Counted from the first letter of the stretch, positions 45,098 to 55,035 are shown. The stretch: 58,514 nt of DNA from Bacteroidales bacterium (GCA_017958305.1 JAGDCW010000026.1:1-58514); one strand, 5' to 3'. A program made the numbers and translations. The notes: generated by a model from the letters alone, not told the origin.

Positions 45098-47164
45098 TTA
45101 CTGATGCTGTTCGCGCAGCAGGTCGTTGACAGTCTTGACAGGGTTGAAGGTCTCGATGGGCACTTCGACAAAGACGGTGTTCCAGTCGGACATGGCACCG
45201 TTCCACAGGCCGGGCAGCTCGAGGGCTTTCAGTTCGCGGCCGCTCTTGGATTTGCTGGAAATGAAGCCGGTGTTGCGGTCCACATAGGCGGGCAGGTCGA
45301 ACTTGCAGCCCTTGTAGTCCTTCAGGCTGCAAACCAGATCGACCGGGTTGAAGTGGGTGCCGTTCTTGAACATGGCCGCCTTGGCCGGGTCGTTCTTGTC
45401 GATTTGCGAGCTTTCGAGGATCTGCAGCGAGACACAGCCGTCCCCCTGGCGTACCAGGAAGGGACCGCCGCCGGGTTCGCCCTCGTTGCGCACCATGCCG
45501 CAGACGCGCATGGGCCGGTTGAGCTTGGACTTGACGTAGAGCGCCAGTTCGGAGTCTTCCATCAGCTTGAGGTCGGGCCGGCGGGTGCAGAGCTTCTGCT
45601 GCAGGAACTGCACCATCTCGATGAGCTGGGCGTGGCTGTATTTCCCGCTGTCGAGCAGGGCCAGATATTCGAAGGCCTGCTGCTGCAGGGAGACAAGCAG
45701 ACCGGCCAGCAGTTTCTTGTAGTGGACCGTGGGGCCTTTGATGCGGTCGGGCACCACGTTGTCGATGTTCTTGACAAAGACGATGTCGGCATCCAGGTCG
45801 TTGAGGTTCTCGATCAGGGCGCCGTGGCCGCCGGGACGGAAGAGCAGCTTGCCGCCGTCGCGGAAGGGCTGGTTCTGCTCGTCGGCGGCGATGGTGTCGG
45901 TCGAGGATTTCTGCTCGGAGAAACCGATATGCAGGCGGACGCCGTATTTCTTTTCGATGAGGGGCTGCACGGCGGCCGTCTCCTGCTCGAAGAGCGCCCG
46001 GTGCTCGGGCGAGACGGTGAAGTGCAGGTGGACCTGACGGTCCTTGTCCTGGGTATAGAGGGCTCCTTCGACCATGTGCTCGGCAATGGCCTTGCGGTTG
46101 CCGTCGTCGTAGCGGTGGAAGCGCAGCAGGCCCTTGGGCAGGGCACCGTAGTTGAGTCCCTCGCTCAGGAGCAGGTTGCGTACTATCGTGCGGTAGGCGC
46201 CTTCCTTGGCCAGGTCGTCGAGGCTTTTGCCCTCGTTGCGCCGGCAGACGGCGTCCAATTCGGGGCTGAAGGCAAAGCACCGGCAATGGGCGGCGAAGAT
46301 CTTTTCGAAGTTGCTTTCGGGGGCTTCATGGTCGCTGTCGAGCCAGGCGAACAGGTCTTTGAACATGCGGCTGGCAGCCCCGGAGGCCGGGACGAACTTG
46401 AGCACCTTCCTGCCCGAATGCTGCAGGTAGTTGTCCCATTGCTGCAGCAGCGCCTCCTCTTCCTTGGGGGTGAAGGTCATGATGCTGCCGTCGGCAGTGC
46501 CGGCCGAAGCGGCGATGTCGAGCCAGGGGAAGCCTTTTTCGAAGCACTCCAGCTGGTCGAGCACCTGGGCCGTGGTCATGCCCTTGGCCCTGATCTGGTC
46601 GAGATCGGCCTGGGTGAACCAGGTGGCGGCCTTGAGGATGCGGTCGGCCACCTGCCCGGGGGTCAGACAAGAGGAATCGACCACCAGGTCGTAGTTGGAC
46701 AACTCGCGGTAGTCGATGTCGTAGAATTTCCTGTAGCGGCGGATTTCGGACTGCTGGCGCTCGCGCAGGCTGTCGATGGTCTCCTGCAGGCTGGCCGTCG
46801 TGGGCTCGCCCGTGCGCTTGTGGTCGTTCATGACGCGCTCGGCGGCGATCTCCGGACGGACGGTCAGATAGACCTTGAAGGAACTGGGCACGAAATGCCA
46901 GGCCAGGCGCGAATCCAGGATGTAGGTCTTGCTGCCGCTCTTGTCGGCTTCGATGTTGCGCAGGTAATCGTCGATGTATTTGTCCACGTCGATGCTGCTT
47001 TCCGACATCTTGTTCATGTCGAGCGTGTTCATGCCTTTCTCGGCCGCCAGCTTGCGCTGGAGCGCACCGGTGGAGAAATACTCGTAGGGCTGCCGCTCGC
47101 AGATGATCCGGGCCACCGAACTTTTGCCGCTGCCCAGGTCGCCGGTAATGGAAATATGTCTCAT
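45098..47164 (-). CDS. fusion protein: N-terminal cytidylate-kinase-like P-loop domain plus C-terminal DUF4301 (UGPase/nucleotidyltransferase-like)
   Basis: ATG 47164 gives MRHISITGDLGSGKSSVARII (Walker A), and the product is 688 aa. From about residue 190, ..KFVPASGAASRMFKDLF.., RFHRYDDG, FRPGGHGALIENLN and VKNIDNV match my recollection of DUF4301. Confidence 0.8.
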   Translation of the reverse strand: MRHISITGDLGSGKSSVARIICERQPYEYFSTGALQRKLAAEKGMNTLDMNKMSESSIDVDKYIDDYLRNIEADKSGSKTYILDSRLAWHFVPSSFKVYLTVRPEIAAERVMNDHKRTGEPTTASLQETIDSLRERQQSEIRRYRKFYDIDYRELSNYDLVVDSSCLTPGQVADRILKAATWFTQADLDQIRAKGMTTAQVLDQLECFEKGFPWLDIAASAGTADGSIMTFTPKEEEALLQQWDNYLQHSGRKVLKFVPASGAASRMFKDLFAWLDSDHEAPESNFEKIFAAHCRCFAFSPELDAVCRRNEGKSLDDLAKEGAYRTIVRNLLLSEGLNYGALPKGLLRFHRYDDGNRKAIAEHMVEGALYTQDKDRQVHLHFTVSPEHRALFEQETAAVQPLIEKKYGVRLHIGFSEQKSSTDTIAADEQNQPFRDGGKLLFRPGGHGALIENLNDLDADIVFVKNIDNVVPDRIKGPTVHYKKLLAGLLVSLQQQAFEYLALLDSGKYSHAQLIEMVQFLQQKLCTRRPDLKLMEDSELALYVKSKLNRPMRVCGMVRNEGEPGGGPFLVRQGDGCVSLQILESSQIDKNDPAKAAMFKNGTHFNPVDLVCSLKDYKGCKFDLPAYVDRNTGFISSKSKSGRELKALELPGLWNGAMSDWNTVFVEVPIETFNPVKTVNDLLREQHQ

Positions 47165-47187
47165 GTCTCTGTCTGGAATTATTTGTG

Positions 47188-47195
47188 CAAATATA
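47188..47195 (-). promoter_or_regulatory. putative -7 box (TATATTTG) upstream of the kinase::DUF4301-nadC-ygjP-PAP2 string
   Basis: The reverse complement of CAAATATA lies 24 nt upstream of ATG 47164. Confidence 0.45.
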
Positions 47196-47227
47196 CGGTT
47201 CTTCGACCTAAGAACCAAAATTATTAG

Positions 47228-47235
47228 TACCTTTG
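47228..47235 (+). promoter_or_regulatory. putative -7 box (TACCTTTG) upstream of relA/spoT
   Basis: An exact TAnnTTTG match lies 18 nt upstream of ATG 47253. Confidence 0.45.
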
Positions 47236-47252
47236 CTTTAAATACGACACAT

Positions 47253-49460
47253 ATGGAAACCAGCGCGCGTGAACGACACAGCATATTGAGCCAATACCGT
47301 GAATTGTCCCGTCTGACCAGGGGCTACATCCTGCCCGCGCACGTGCGGGCCCTCAGGCAGATCTGGACCGAGGCCCTGCAATCGGAGCGGGTGGTGCGGC
47401 GGCTGCCGAAAGTGCATCCGCTGGAGCATTGCCTCTCGACGGCCCTGCTCCTGGCCCGGGAGGCCGGCATGCGCCGTTCGTCGGTCATCAGCGCCGTCCT
47501 CTGCGACAGCGATCTTCTGCAGGGTTTGTCCATGGATGAGGCTCAGCAGTGTTTCGGCCCGGCCACGGCCAACATCCTGCGCGGCCTGACCAAGGTGGGG
47601 GCGCTCTCCGGCCACGACAAGGCCCTCGAAAACGAGCATTTCAAGAACCTGCTGCTGTCTTTCGCCCAGGACGGCCGGGCCATCATCATCCTCATCGCCG
47701 ACTGTGTCTGCCGTATGCGCCGCCTGGAAGACTATCCCGAGGCGCAGCAGGCCGAAATCGCCCACAGCGCGGGCTTGCTCTACGCCCCCTTGGCCCACCG
47801 CATGGGCCTGTATGCCCTGAAGACCGAACTGGAAGACCGCACGCTCAAATACACCCAGCCGGCCGTCTATGCCGAAATCACCCGCAAACTGGCCGAAAGC
47901 AAGAGCGTGAGGGAAGCCTACATCAAGCGTTTCATCGAACCGGTGCGCCGGCAGCTGGAGGCCGCCCTGGACGTGCCGTTCTCCATCAAGGGCCGCACCA
48001 AGTCGGTCCATTCCATCTGGAACAAAATCAAGAACAAGCAGATATCCTTCGAGGACATCTACGACATCTTTGCCATCCGCATCATCATCGATGCCCCGCT
48101 GCCACGCGAGAAATCGCTCTGCTGGCATGCCTTCTCGATCGTGACCGACATGTACCAGTCCAATCCCGCCCGCACGCGCGACTGGCTGTCCATTCCCAAG
48201 TCGAACGGCTACGAGTCGCTGCACACCACCGTCCTGGGACCTGAGGACAAATGGGTGGAAGTGCAGATCCGCACCGTGCGCATGGACGAGATCGCCGAGA
48301 AAGGTCTGGCCGCCCATTGGCGCTACAAGGGCATCAAGGGCGAGAAGGGGCTGGACGAGATGCTGACGCATATCCGGGAGGCCATCGAAAACCAGTCGTC
48401 CGAGGCACGCACGATGGATGATTTCAAGATGGACCTCTACGACGACGAGATCTATGTCTTCTCGCCCAAGGGCGAGCTCTACAAACTGCCGCAGGGCGCC
48501 TCCGTGCTGGATTTCGCCTACAGCATCCACACCAGCCTGGGCAACCGCTGCGTGGGCGCCAAGGTCAATGAGCGCAACGTCCCCATCCGCTACAAGCTCA
48601 AGAGCGGCGACACGGTCGAGATCCAGACCGGGGCCAACCAGACCCCCAAGCAGGACTGGCTCAACTACGTGGTCACCAGCCGGGCGCGCAACAAGATCAG
48701 GCAGACGCTCAAGGAAAACATGCAGAAGCTGGCCGAATTCGGCCGCGACAACCTGGTGCGCCGGCTCAAGAACCGCAAGCAGGAACTCGACGAAGCCTAC
48801 CTCATGCGGCTGGTCAAGCGCTTCAAGCGCAAGAATGTGACCGATTTCTTCGCCGAGATAGGGGAGGGACGGCTCGACACCAACCAGGTGATCGAGGCCT
48901 ATCTTGAAATGGTCGCCCAGGACAAGGGCCTGGCCGCGGTGGACAATCCGGCGCTCTCGGCCAGCAATTTCGCCTTCGAGCCCGGTGAGGAGCAACGCGG
49001 CGGCACGCGCGAGGATGTGCTGGTCATCGACCAGAACCTCAAGGGCCTCGATTTCAAGCTGGCCAAATGCTGCCATCCCATCTACGGCGACGAGGTCTTC
49101 GGCTTTGTCTCGGTGACGGGCGGCATCAAGGTGCACCGCACCGACTGTCCCAACGCCCCGCAGCTGCGCCAGCGCTACGGCTACCGCATGGTCCGCGCCC
49201 GCTGGGCCGGCCAGTCGAAAGACTCCCAGTACCAGGCCACGCTGCAGGTCATCGGCAAGGACGACATCGGCATCGTGACCAACATCACCTCCTTGATTTC
49301 CAAAGAGGGCGACATCAGCATGCGCAGCATCCGCATCGATTCCGACGACGGGCTGTTCTGCGGCTGGCTCACGGTGATGGTGCCGGGTTCGCGCCAGCTG
49401 GACAATCTCATCAAGAAAATTCAGACGGTGAAAGGCGTGAAGCAGGTGATCCGCTCCTAA
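47253..49460 (+). CDS. relA: bifunctional (p)ppGpp synthetase/hydrolase RelA/SpoT homologue
   Basis: ATG 47253 gives METSARERH.., and the product is 735 aa. It has HD-hydrolase region features, synthetase blocks (IKGRTKSVHSIWNKI, YDIFAIRII, YESLHTTV, EVQIRT..M) and TGS (IYVFSPKGELYKLPQGASVLDFAY) and ACT domains. Confidence 0.95.
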   Translation: METSARERHSILSQYRELSRLTRGYILPAHVRALRQIWTEALQSERVVRRLPKVHPLEHCLSTALLLAREAGMRRSSVISAVLCDSDLLQGLSMDEAQQCFGPATANILRGLTKVGALSGHDKALENEHFKNLLLSFAQDGRAIIILIADCVCRMRRLEDYPEAQQAEIAHSAGLLYAPLAHRMGLYALKTELEDRTLKYTQPAVYAEITRKLAESKSVREAYIKRFIEPVRRQLEAALDVPFSIKGRTKSVHSIWNKIKNKQISFEDIYDIFAIRIIIDAPLPREKSLCWHAFSIVTDMYQSNPARTRDWLSIPKSNGYESLHTTVLGPEDKWVEVQIRTVRMDEIAEKGLAAHWRYKGIKGEKGLDEMLTHIREAIENQSSEARTMDDFKMDLYDDEIYVFSPKGELYKLPQGASVLDFAYSIHTSLGNRCVGAKVNERNVPIRYKLKSGDTVEIQTGANQTPKQDWLNYVVTSRARNKIRQTLKENMQKLAEFGRDNLVRRLKNRKQELDEAYLMRLVKRFKRKNVTDFFAEIGEGRLDTNQVIEAYLEMVAQDKGLAAVDNPALSASNFAFEPGEEQRGGTREDVLVIDQNLKGLDFKLAKCCHPIYGDEVFGFVSVTGGIKVHRTDCPNAPQLRQRYGYRMVRARWAGQSKDSQYQATLQVIGKDDIGIVTNITSLISKEGDISMRSIRIDSDDGLFCGWLTVMVPGSRQLDNLIKKIQTVKGVKQVIRS

Positions 49461-49472
49461 GCGTCAAAGGGC

Positions 49473-50204
49473 TTAGAAAAACCAGACCAGGCTCACGCTC
49501 ATGTTGCGGTTTTTCAACCCGGAAAAGATATTGACATCCTGCCGGGTCCAGCGGCTGAGCTGCTGCTTGAACTCGGAATAGCCGTAGTCGTACTTGGCCG
49601 TGAGCTGGATGGCGCCGCTTTCCAGGCCGGCACCGAAGCCCAGGCCGTAGTCGAACTCGTGCAGCAGTTCTTCCTTTCCGCTTTCACTGACCTGGGCCAC
49701 CACCTTCTTGATTTCGTTGTACAGCTCCTGGTAGTCGGTGCTTTTGTCGGAAATCAGGTAGGACAGGTAGGGGCCTCCGAAGACAAAGAGGCGCCCCATG
49801 TTGCCCAGCCGGAGCCCCATCTGCAGGTTGAGCGGCATCTCGGCGTAGGCCGTGTGCAGGGTGATCTGGTTGGGAATGTTTTTTCCCAGGACCAGTTTGA
49901 TGTAGTTGAAGGTCGGGTTGGTGCCGTCGTTGTACACCTCGGCGCCCTTGGTGATGAAGAGCAGTTCGGGCTGGAAGGAGATGAACTGGTTCAGGTTGAA
50001 CTGGATGGCCAGGCCGGCTTGGTAGTTGAGGGCGTTCTGGATGCGGTCGACAAACTCCCGGCCGCCTTCGAAGGCGGTGATGTTGGCGCCCACCTTGAGG
50101 CCGGCACGGGCAAATTCAGGACCGCGTTTCTTTTTGTTTGCGGACAAAGCGGGCAGGCAGACCAGCAGGCAGCATATCAGGCAAAGCAGGCTTGTTCTTT
50201 TCAT
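49473..50204 (-). CDS. small outer-membrane beta-barrel (porin-family/OMP_b-brl-type) protein
   Basis: ATG 50204 gives MKRTSLLCLICCLLVCLPALSA, and the product is 243 aa. It shows an alternating beta-strand pattern and a C-terminal ..VSLVWFF beta-signal. Confidence 0.75.
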   Translation of the reverse strand: MKRTSLLCLICCLLVCLPALSANKKKRGPEFARAGLKVGANITAFEGGREFVDRIQNALNYQAGLAIQFNLNQFISFQPELLFITKGAEVYNDGTNPTFNYIKLVLGKNIPNQITLHTAYAEMPLNLQMGLRLGNMGRLFVFGGPYLSYLISDKSTDYQELYNEIKKVVAQVSESGKEELLHEFDYGLGFGAGLESGAIQLTAKYDYGYSEFKQQLSRWTRQDVNIFSGLKNRNMSVSLVWFF

Positions 50205-50390
50205 AGCAGGGCAGCCGGGGCTGCGAAATGTTTGGGCGAAGATACGGCAAATCGGGCATAAATGCAATATATCGCCCGATTACAGAAATTTTTCCGTATT
50301 GCTAAAGGATTTCTCCGGAATTATGTGTAATTTCGCGCCTGTTTTTAAGCGCTTTTTTCCGTAGGAAAACAATATGTTCAAACATACACT

Positions 50391-51764
50391 ATGACTAAAC
50401 AAATCAACATCAAGAAAGGCTTGAACATCAACCTTCAAGGACCTGCCGCCAAGGAAAAGGCCACGGCATCCTACAGCCCTCTGTACGCTGTTTCGCCGAC
50501 CGATTTCCACGGACTGCTGCCCAAGGTTGTGGTCAAGGAAGGGGATCAGGTCAAGGCGGGCACGCCTCTGGTCATCGACAAGAAATTCCCCGAGATCAAT
50601 TTCGTCTCGCCCGTCAGCGGCGTGGTCAAATCGATCGTCCGGGGCGAGAAGCGCAAACTGCTCCATGTCATCGTGGAGGCCGACACCAAGACCGATTATC
50701 TGACCTTCCCCCAAAGAAACCCGTTGGATATGACTGCTGCCGAAGTCAAGGAAGCCTTGGCAACGGCCGGCCTGTGGCCCTGCATCAAGCGTCGTCCCTA
50801 CGACCTGATGGCCAATCCCGATGCCAAGCCCAAGTCGATCTTTGTACAGGGTTTTGACACGGCGCCCCTGGCACCCGACTATGCCTACGTCCTGAAAGGC
50901 CAGGCTGCCGATGTCCAGACCGGTCTGGACGCCCTCACCCGTCTGACGGAAGGCCCGGTCTATGTCTGCCTGCCTGCCGAAAAGGCTGCTCCGGAGTTGG
51001 AAAAGGCCCAGCATGTTGAGTTTGTCCGCCTTAAAGGCCCGCATCCCGCCGGCAACGTCGGCGTGGCCATCAACCATGTCGATCCCGTCAACAAGGCCGA
51101 AGTGGTCTGGACGGTCAACGCCCTCGACCTGGTGTTCTTCGGCCGCCTGTTCAACCAGGGCATCGTCGATCTGACCCGCCTGGTGGCCCTCACCGGTCCG
51201 GCCGTCTATCAGCCCGCCTATTACAGCTGCAAGCCGGGTATCGCCCTGTCGGCCCTGGTCGAAGGCAATGTCCACAAGGAAATCCCCCTGCGCTACATCA
51301 ACGGCAACCCGCTTTCGGGCGAACGTGTCGAAAAGGACGGCTTCCTGGGCTTCTACAATTCCCAGGTCACCGTGCTGCACGAGGGTAGTGACGTGCACGA
51401 GCTGCTGGGTTGGGTGATGCCCCGTCTGAACATGTTCAGCAACAGCCGCACCTATTTCACTTCCCTGGTCGAAAAACTCATGCCGGGCAAGCAGTACGAT
51501 GCCGACACCCGCGTGCTGGGTGGCGAGAGAGCCCTGATCATGTCGGGCGAATACGACAAGGTGTTCCCCATGGACATTCTGCCCGAACGGCTGGTCCGCG
51601 CCTGCATCGTGAAGGATCTGGAAGACATGGAGGCCCTGGGTATCTACGAAGTGGCTCCCGAGGATTTCGCCCTCTGCGAATATGTCTGCACCTCCAAGAT
51701 CGAGGTCCAGAAGGTGGTCCGTGAAGCGCTCGACCTGCTCAAGGCCGAGAATGGTGAAGATTAG
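50391..51764 (+). CDS. nqrA: Na+-translocating NADH:quinone oxidoreductase subunit A
   Basis: 457 aa with N-terminus MTKQINIKKGLNINLQGPA. It is the first of six contiguous nqr genes. Confidence 0.93.
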   Translation: MTKQINIKKGLNINLQGPAAKEKATASYSPLYAVSPTDFHGLLPKVVVKEGDQVKAGTPLVIDKKFPEINFVSPVSGVVKSIVRGEKRKLLHVIVEADTKTDYLTFPQRNPLDMTAAEVKEALATAGLWPCIKRRPYDLMANPDAKPKSIFVQGFDTAPLAPDYAYVLKGQAADVQTGLDALTRLTEGPVYVCLPAEKAAPELEKAQHVEFVRLKGPHPAGNVGVAINHVDPVNKAEVVWTVNALDLVFFGRLFNQGIVDLTRLVALTGPAVYQPAYYSCKPGIALSALVEGNVHKEIPLRYINGNPLSGERVEKDGFLGFYNSQVTVLHEGSDVHELLGWVMPRLNMFSNSRTYFTSLVEKLMPGKQYDADTRVLGGERALIMSGEYDKVFPMDILPERLVRACIVKDLEDMEALGIYEVAPEDFALCEYVCTSKIEVQKVVREALDLLKAENGED

Positions 51765-51788
51765 TATTAACAATAAAACCATAAGACT

Positions 51789-53000
51789 TTGAAATCATTA
51801 CGTAACTTGCTCGACAAAATCAAGCCGACTTTCTCCGAGGGCGGCCGTCTGTCGATGCTCAGGTCGGTCTTCGACGGCTTCGAGACCTTCCTCTTCGTTC
51901 CCAATACGACTTCCAAGTCGGGAACACACATCCATGACAGCGTGGATTCCAAGCGCGTCATGTTCTGGGTCGTCCTGGCCCTCGTTCCAGCCCTGCTGAT
52001 GGGTATGTACAATACCGGTTATCAGCACTACCTGGTCACCGGCCAGTCGGTGGGCTTCTTCCAGACCTTCTTCTGGGGCCTGCTGGCCGTGCTGCCCTGC
52101 GTCATCGTGTCCTATGTGGTGGGTCTGTCCATCGAGTTTGCCGTGGCTCAGGCCAAGGGTGAGGAAATCCACGAGGGTTTCCTGGTGAGCGGCCTTTTGA
52201 TTCCGCTCATCATGCCTGTCAACACCCCGCTGTGGATGGTGGCTGTGGCAACGGCCTTCTCGGTTGTGTTTGTCAAGGAAATCTTCGGCGGTACGGGTTT
52301 CAACGTGCTCAATGTGGCTTTGGGTGCCCGTATCTTCCTGTTCTTCTCCTATCCTTCCAAAATGTCGGGCGACAGCGTCTGGATCGCTGTCCGCGACTAT
52401 TTCGGATTCGGCAAGGCACAGGCCACGGTCGACAGCTTCACGGGTGCCACCCCGCTGGGCCAGGCCGCTGCCTCGGTGGGCGGCGACAGCATGACGCTGA
52501 CCAATGCCGTGGGCGATCCCCTGTCGTGGTGGGATATGTTCCTGGGCCTGATCCCCGGTTCGATCGGTGAAACTTCCACCCTGGCCATCGTGCTGGGCGG
52601 TCTGTTCCTGATCTTCACGGGTGTGGCCAGCTGGAAGATCGTCGTGTCGGTCTTCGGCGGCGGTGCCATCATGGCATTGATCCTGAACGCTTTCGCTGTG
52701 AATCCCTACATGGCCATGCCTTTCTGGGAGCACTGGTGCCTGGGCGGTTTCGCCTTCGGTGCCTTCTTCATGGCCACCGATCCTGTGACGGCTGCCCGCA
52801 CGGAAACCGGCAAGTGGATCTACGGCTTGCTCATCGGTATGCTGGCCATCCTCTACCGCGTGGTCAATCCGGCCTATCCCGAAGGCATGATGCTGGCCAT
52901 CCTTCTGATGAACATCTTCGCCAAGGTGATCGACTACTGCGTGGTACAGCGCAATATCAAGAAACGTATGAAACGGGCTCAAGTGGCCATTAAAAAATAA
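51789..53000 (+). CDS. nqrB: Na+-translocating NADH:quinone oxidoreductase subunit B
   Basis: 403 aa and polytopic, with the FMN-attachment context SFTGATPLG. It appears to use a TTG start at 51789 (MKSLRNLLDKIKP matches the usual NqrB N-terminus). No in-frame ATG lies upstream. Confidence 0.93.
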   Translation: MKSLRNLLDKIKPTFSEGGRLSMLRSVFDGFETFLFVPNTTSKSGTHIHDSVDSKRVMFWVVLALVPALLMGMYNTGYQHYLVTGQSVGFFQTFFWGLLAVLPCVIVSYVVGLSIEFAVAQAKGEEIHEGFLVSGLLIPLIMPVNTPLWMVAVATAFSVVFVKEIFGGTGFNVLNVALGARIFLFFSYPSKMSGDSVWIAVRDYFGFGKAQATVDSFTGATPLGQAAASVGGDSMTLTNAVGDPLSWWDMFLGLIPGSIGETSTLAIVLGGLFLIFTGVASWKIVVSVFGGGAIMALILNAFAVNPYMAMPFWEHWCLGGFAFGAFFMATDPVTAARTETGKWIYGLLIGMLAILYRVVNPAYPEGMMLAILLMNIFAKVIDYCVVQRNIKKRMKRAQVAIKK

Positions 53001-53005
53001 GGACC

Positions 53006-53770
53006 ATGAACAAGAACGGTAATATCTACACCTTTATATATGCTTCGGTCATGGTCGTCATCGTGGCCGCCGCCCTGGCTTTCGTCAACGGAAGCCTCAA
53101 GGACAAGCAGAAGAAAAATGTCGAAATCGACAAGATGTCGCAGATCCTGAAGTCTGTCAAGATCAATTCGCCGCTCTCCGAAGCCGAGGCACGCTATGGC
53201 GAGACCATCGTCGATTCCTATCTGATCGATGCCACCGGGCAGAAGGTCAGCGAGGATGCCGCCGAGACTTTCGCCCTGGACATGTCCAAGGAAGTGGCCA
53301 AGCCCGCGGCCGAACGCCGGCTGCCGGTCTATGAGGCCTTGATCGACGGACAGAAGAAGTATATCATCCCGCTCTACGGTGCCGGACTGTGGGGGCCGAT
53401 CTGGGGCTACATTTCCCTGGACAGCGACGGCAACACGGTCTATGCCGCCACCTTCTCGCACGAGGGTGAGACTCCGGGCCTGGGTGCCGAGATCACCACG
53501 GCCAAGTTCCAGGAGCAGTTCTCCGGCAAGCATGTCTTCCAGGAGCAGCAGTTCCGCTCGCTGGCCGTGCTCAAGGCCGGTGCCAAGGCCGAAGGCCAGG
53601 AAGCCGTCGATGCCATCTCGGGCGGTACGGTGACCAGCCGCGGCGTGGAGACCATGCTTCTCGACTGCCTGAGCGCCTACGAGGCTTTCCTCAAGGGCCT
53701 GCAGGGCGCCCCTGCCACGGATGAGGCAGCAGAAAACAATGAAAACCAACAAGCTAATGTGGAGGAATAA
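53006..53770 (+). CDS. nqrC: Na+-translocating NADH:quinone oxidoreductase subunit C
   Basis: 254 aa with an N-terminal TM, the GLWGPIWGYI block and the FMN-binding site SGGTVTS. Confidence 0.93.
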   Translation: MNKNGNIYTFIYASVMVVIVAAALAFVNGSLKDKQKKNVEIDKMSQILKSVKINSPLSEAEARYGETIVDSYLIDATGQKVSEDAAETFALDMSKEVAKPAAERRLPVYEALIDGQKKYIIPLYGAGLWGPIWGYISLDSDGNTVYAATFSHEGETPGLGAEITTAKFQEQFSGKHVFQEQQFRSLAVLKAGAKAEGQEAVDAISGGTVTSRGVETMLLDCLSAYEAFLKGLQGAPATDEAAENNENQQANVEE

Positions 53771-53773
53771 ACT

Positions 53774-54394
53774 ATGAGCCCAGAAAGAAAAGATATTTTG
53801 TTTGGCCCGCTCAGCAAGAACAACCCCGTCATCGTCCTGGTGCTGGGTATCTGCTCGGCCCTGGCCGTCACTGCACAGTTGAAGCCGGCTCTGGTCATGG
53901 GTGTTTCCGTGACGGTGGTCGTGGCTTTCTCCAATGTGATTATTTCCCTGTTGCGCAACACGATTCCTTCGCGTATCCGTATCATCGTCCAGCTGGTGGT
54001 CGTGGCAGCGCTCGTGATCATCGTCGAACAGATCCTCAAAGCCTATGCCTATGAGGTCTGGGGCCAGTTGTCGGTCTATATCGGCCTGATCATCACCAAC
54101 TGTATTCTGATGGGTCGCCTGGAGGCTTTCGCCCTGGGCAATGGCCCGTTCGACTCCTTCCTCGACGGTATCGGCAACGGTTTGGGCTACACGGCCATCC
54201 TGGTCATCGTGGCCTTCTTCCGCGAGCTGCTGGGCAGCGGCGCCCTGCTGGGCTTCCGCATCATCCCGCAGTGCTTCTACGATGCCGGCTATATGAACAA
54301 CGGTCTGATGATCATGCCGCCGATGGCCCTGATTGTGGTCGGCTGCATCATCTGGGTGCACCGCAGTATTAACAAGGACCTGCAGGAAAAATAA
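53774..54394 (+). CDS. nqrD: Na+-translocating NADH:quinone oxidoreductase subunit D
   Basis: 206 aa and polytopic. The N-terminus ..NNPVIVLVLGICSALAVT is typical of NqrD/RnfE. Confidence 0.93.
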   Translation: MSPERKDILFGPLSKNNPVIVLVLGICSALAVTAQLKPALVMGVSVTVVVAFSNVIISLLRNTIPSRIRIIVQLVVVAALVIIVEQILKAYAYEVWGQLSVYIGLIITNCILMGRLEAFALGNGPFDSFLDGIGNGLGYTAILVIVAFFRELLGSGALLGFRIIPQCFYDAGYMNNGLMIMPPMALIVVGCIIWVHRSINKDLQEK

Positions 54395-54406
54395 ACGTCA
54401 AGCACT

Positions 54407-55021
54407 ATGGAAACATTCAATCTGTTTATCAAGTCGATCTTTGTCGACAACATGATATTCGCATACTTCCTGGGTATGTGTTCTTATCTGGCAGTGTCCA
54501 AGACGGTCAAGACCTCCACGGGTCTGGGTATCGCCGTCACCTTCGTGCTGCTCATCACCGTTCCGGTCAACTACCTGCTCGACACCTATGTGTTGAGGGA
54601 AGGGGCGCTGACATGGATCAACGAGAGTTTCGCCTCGGTCGATCTGAGCTTCCTCAGCTTCATCCTCTTCATCGCCATCATCGCTTCGATGGTGCAGATT
54701 GTCGAGATGGTCGTCGAGCGCTTCGCACCGGCCCTGTATGCCCAGTTGGGTATCTTCCTGCCGCTGATCGCCGTCAACTGCGCCATCCTGGGTGCATCGC
54801 TCTTCATGCAGCAGCGTAATTTCGGCAACGTGGGTCAGGCCACGGTCTATGGCCTGGGCTCGGGTCTGGGCTGGATGCTGGCCATCGTCGCCCTGGCCGC
54901 CGTGCGCGAACATTTGAAGTATAACAAGATCCCCGCTCCGCTCAAGGGGCTGGGTATCGCCTTTATCCTGACCGGCCTGATGGGCATGGCCTTCATGGGA
55001 TTCATGGGTATTAAGTTTTAA
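54407..55021 (+). CDS. nqrE: Na+-translocating NADH:quinone oxidoreductase subunit E
   Basis: 204 aa and polytopic, with [22 protein letters not shown] typical of NqrE/RnfA. Confidence 0.93.
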   Translation: METFNLFIKSIFVDNMIFAYFLGMCSYLAVSKTVKTSTGLGIAVTFVLLITVPVNYLLDTYVLREGALTWINESFASVDLSFLSFILFIAIIASMVQIVEMVVERFAPALYAQLGIFLPLIAVNCAILGASLFMQQRNFGNVGQATVYGLGSGLGWMLAIVALAAVREHLKYNKIPAPLKGLGIAFILTGLMGMAFMGFMGIKF

Positions 55022-55035
55022 GGAGGACAGGCGAT

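Noticed and set aside
44636-47227. An 863-aa plus-strand ORF, the longest in the track.
   Set aside because: It lies antisense to the kinase::DUF4301 and nadC genes. Its translation is low-complexity (G/A/V/L/D/E runs) with no recognisable motifs. This is the typical shadow ORF of GC3-rich coding DNA, whereas the minus-strand genes have clear family signatures.
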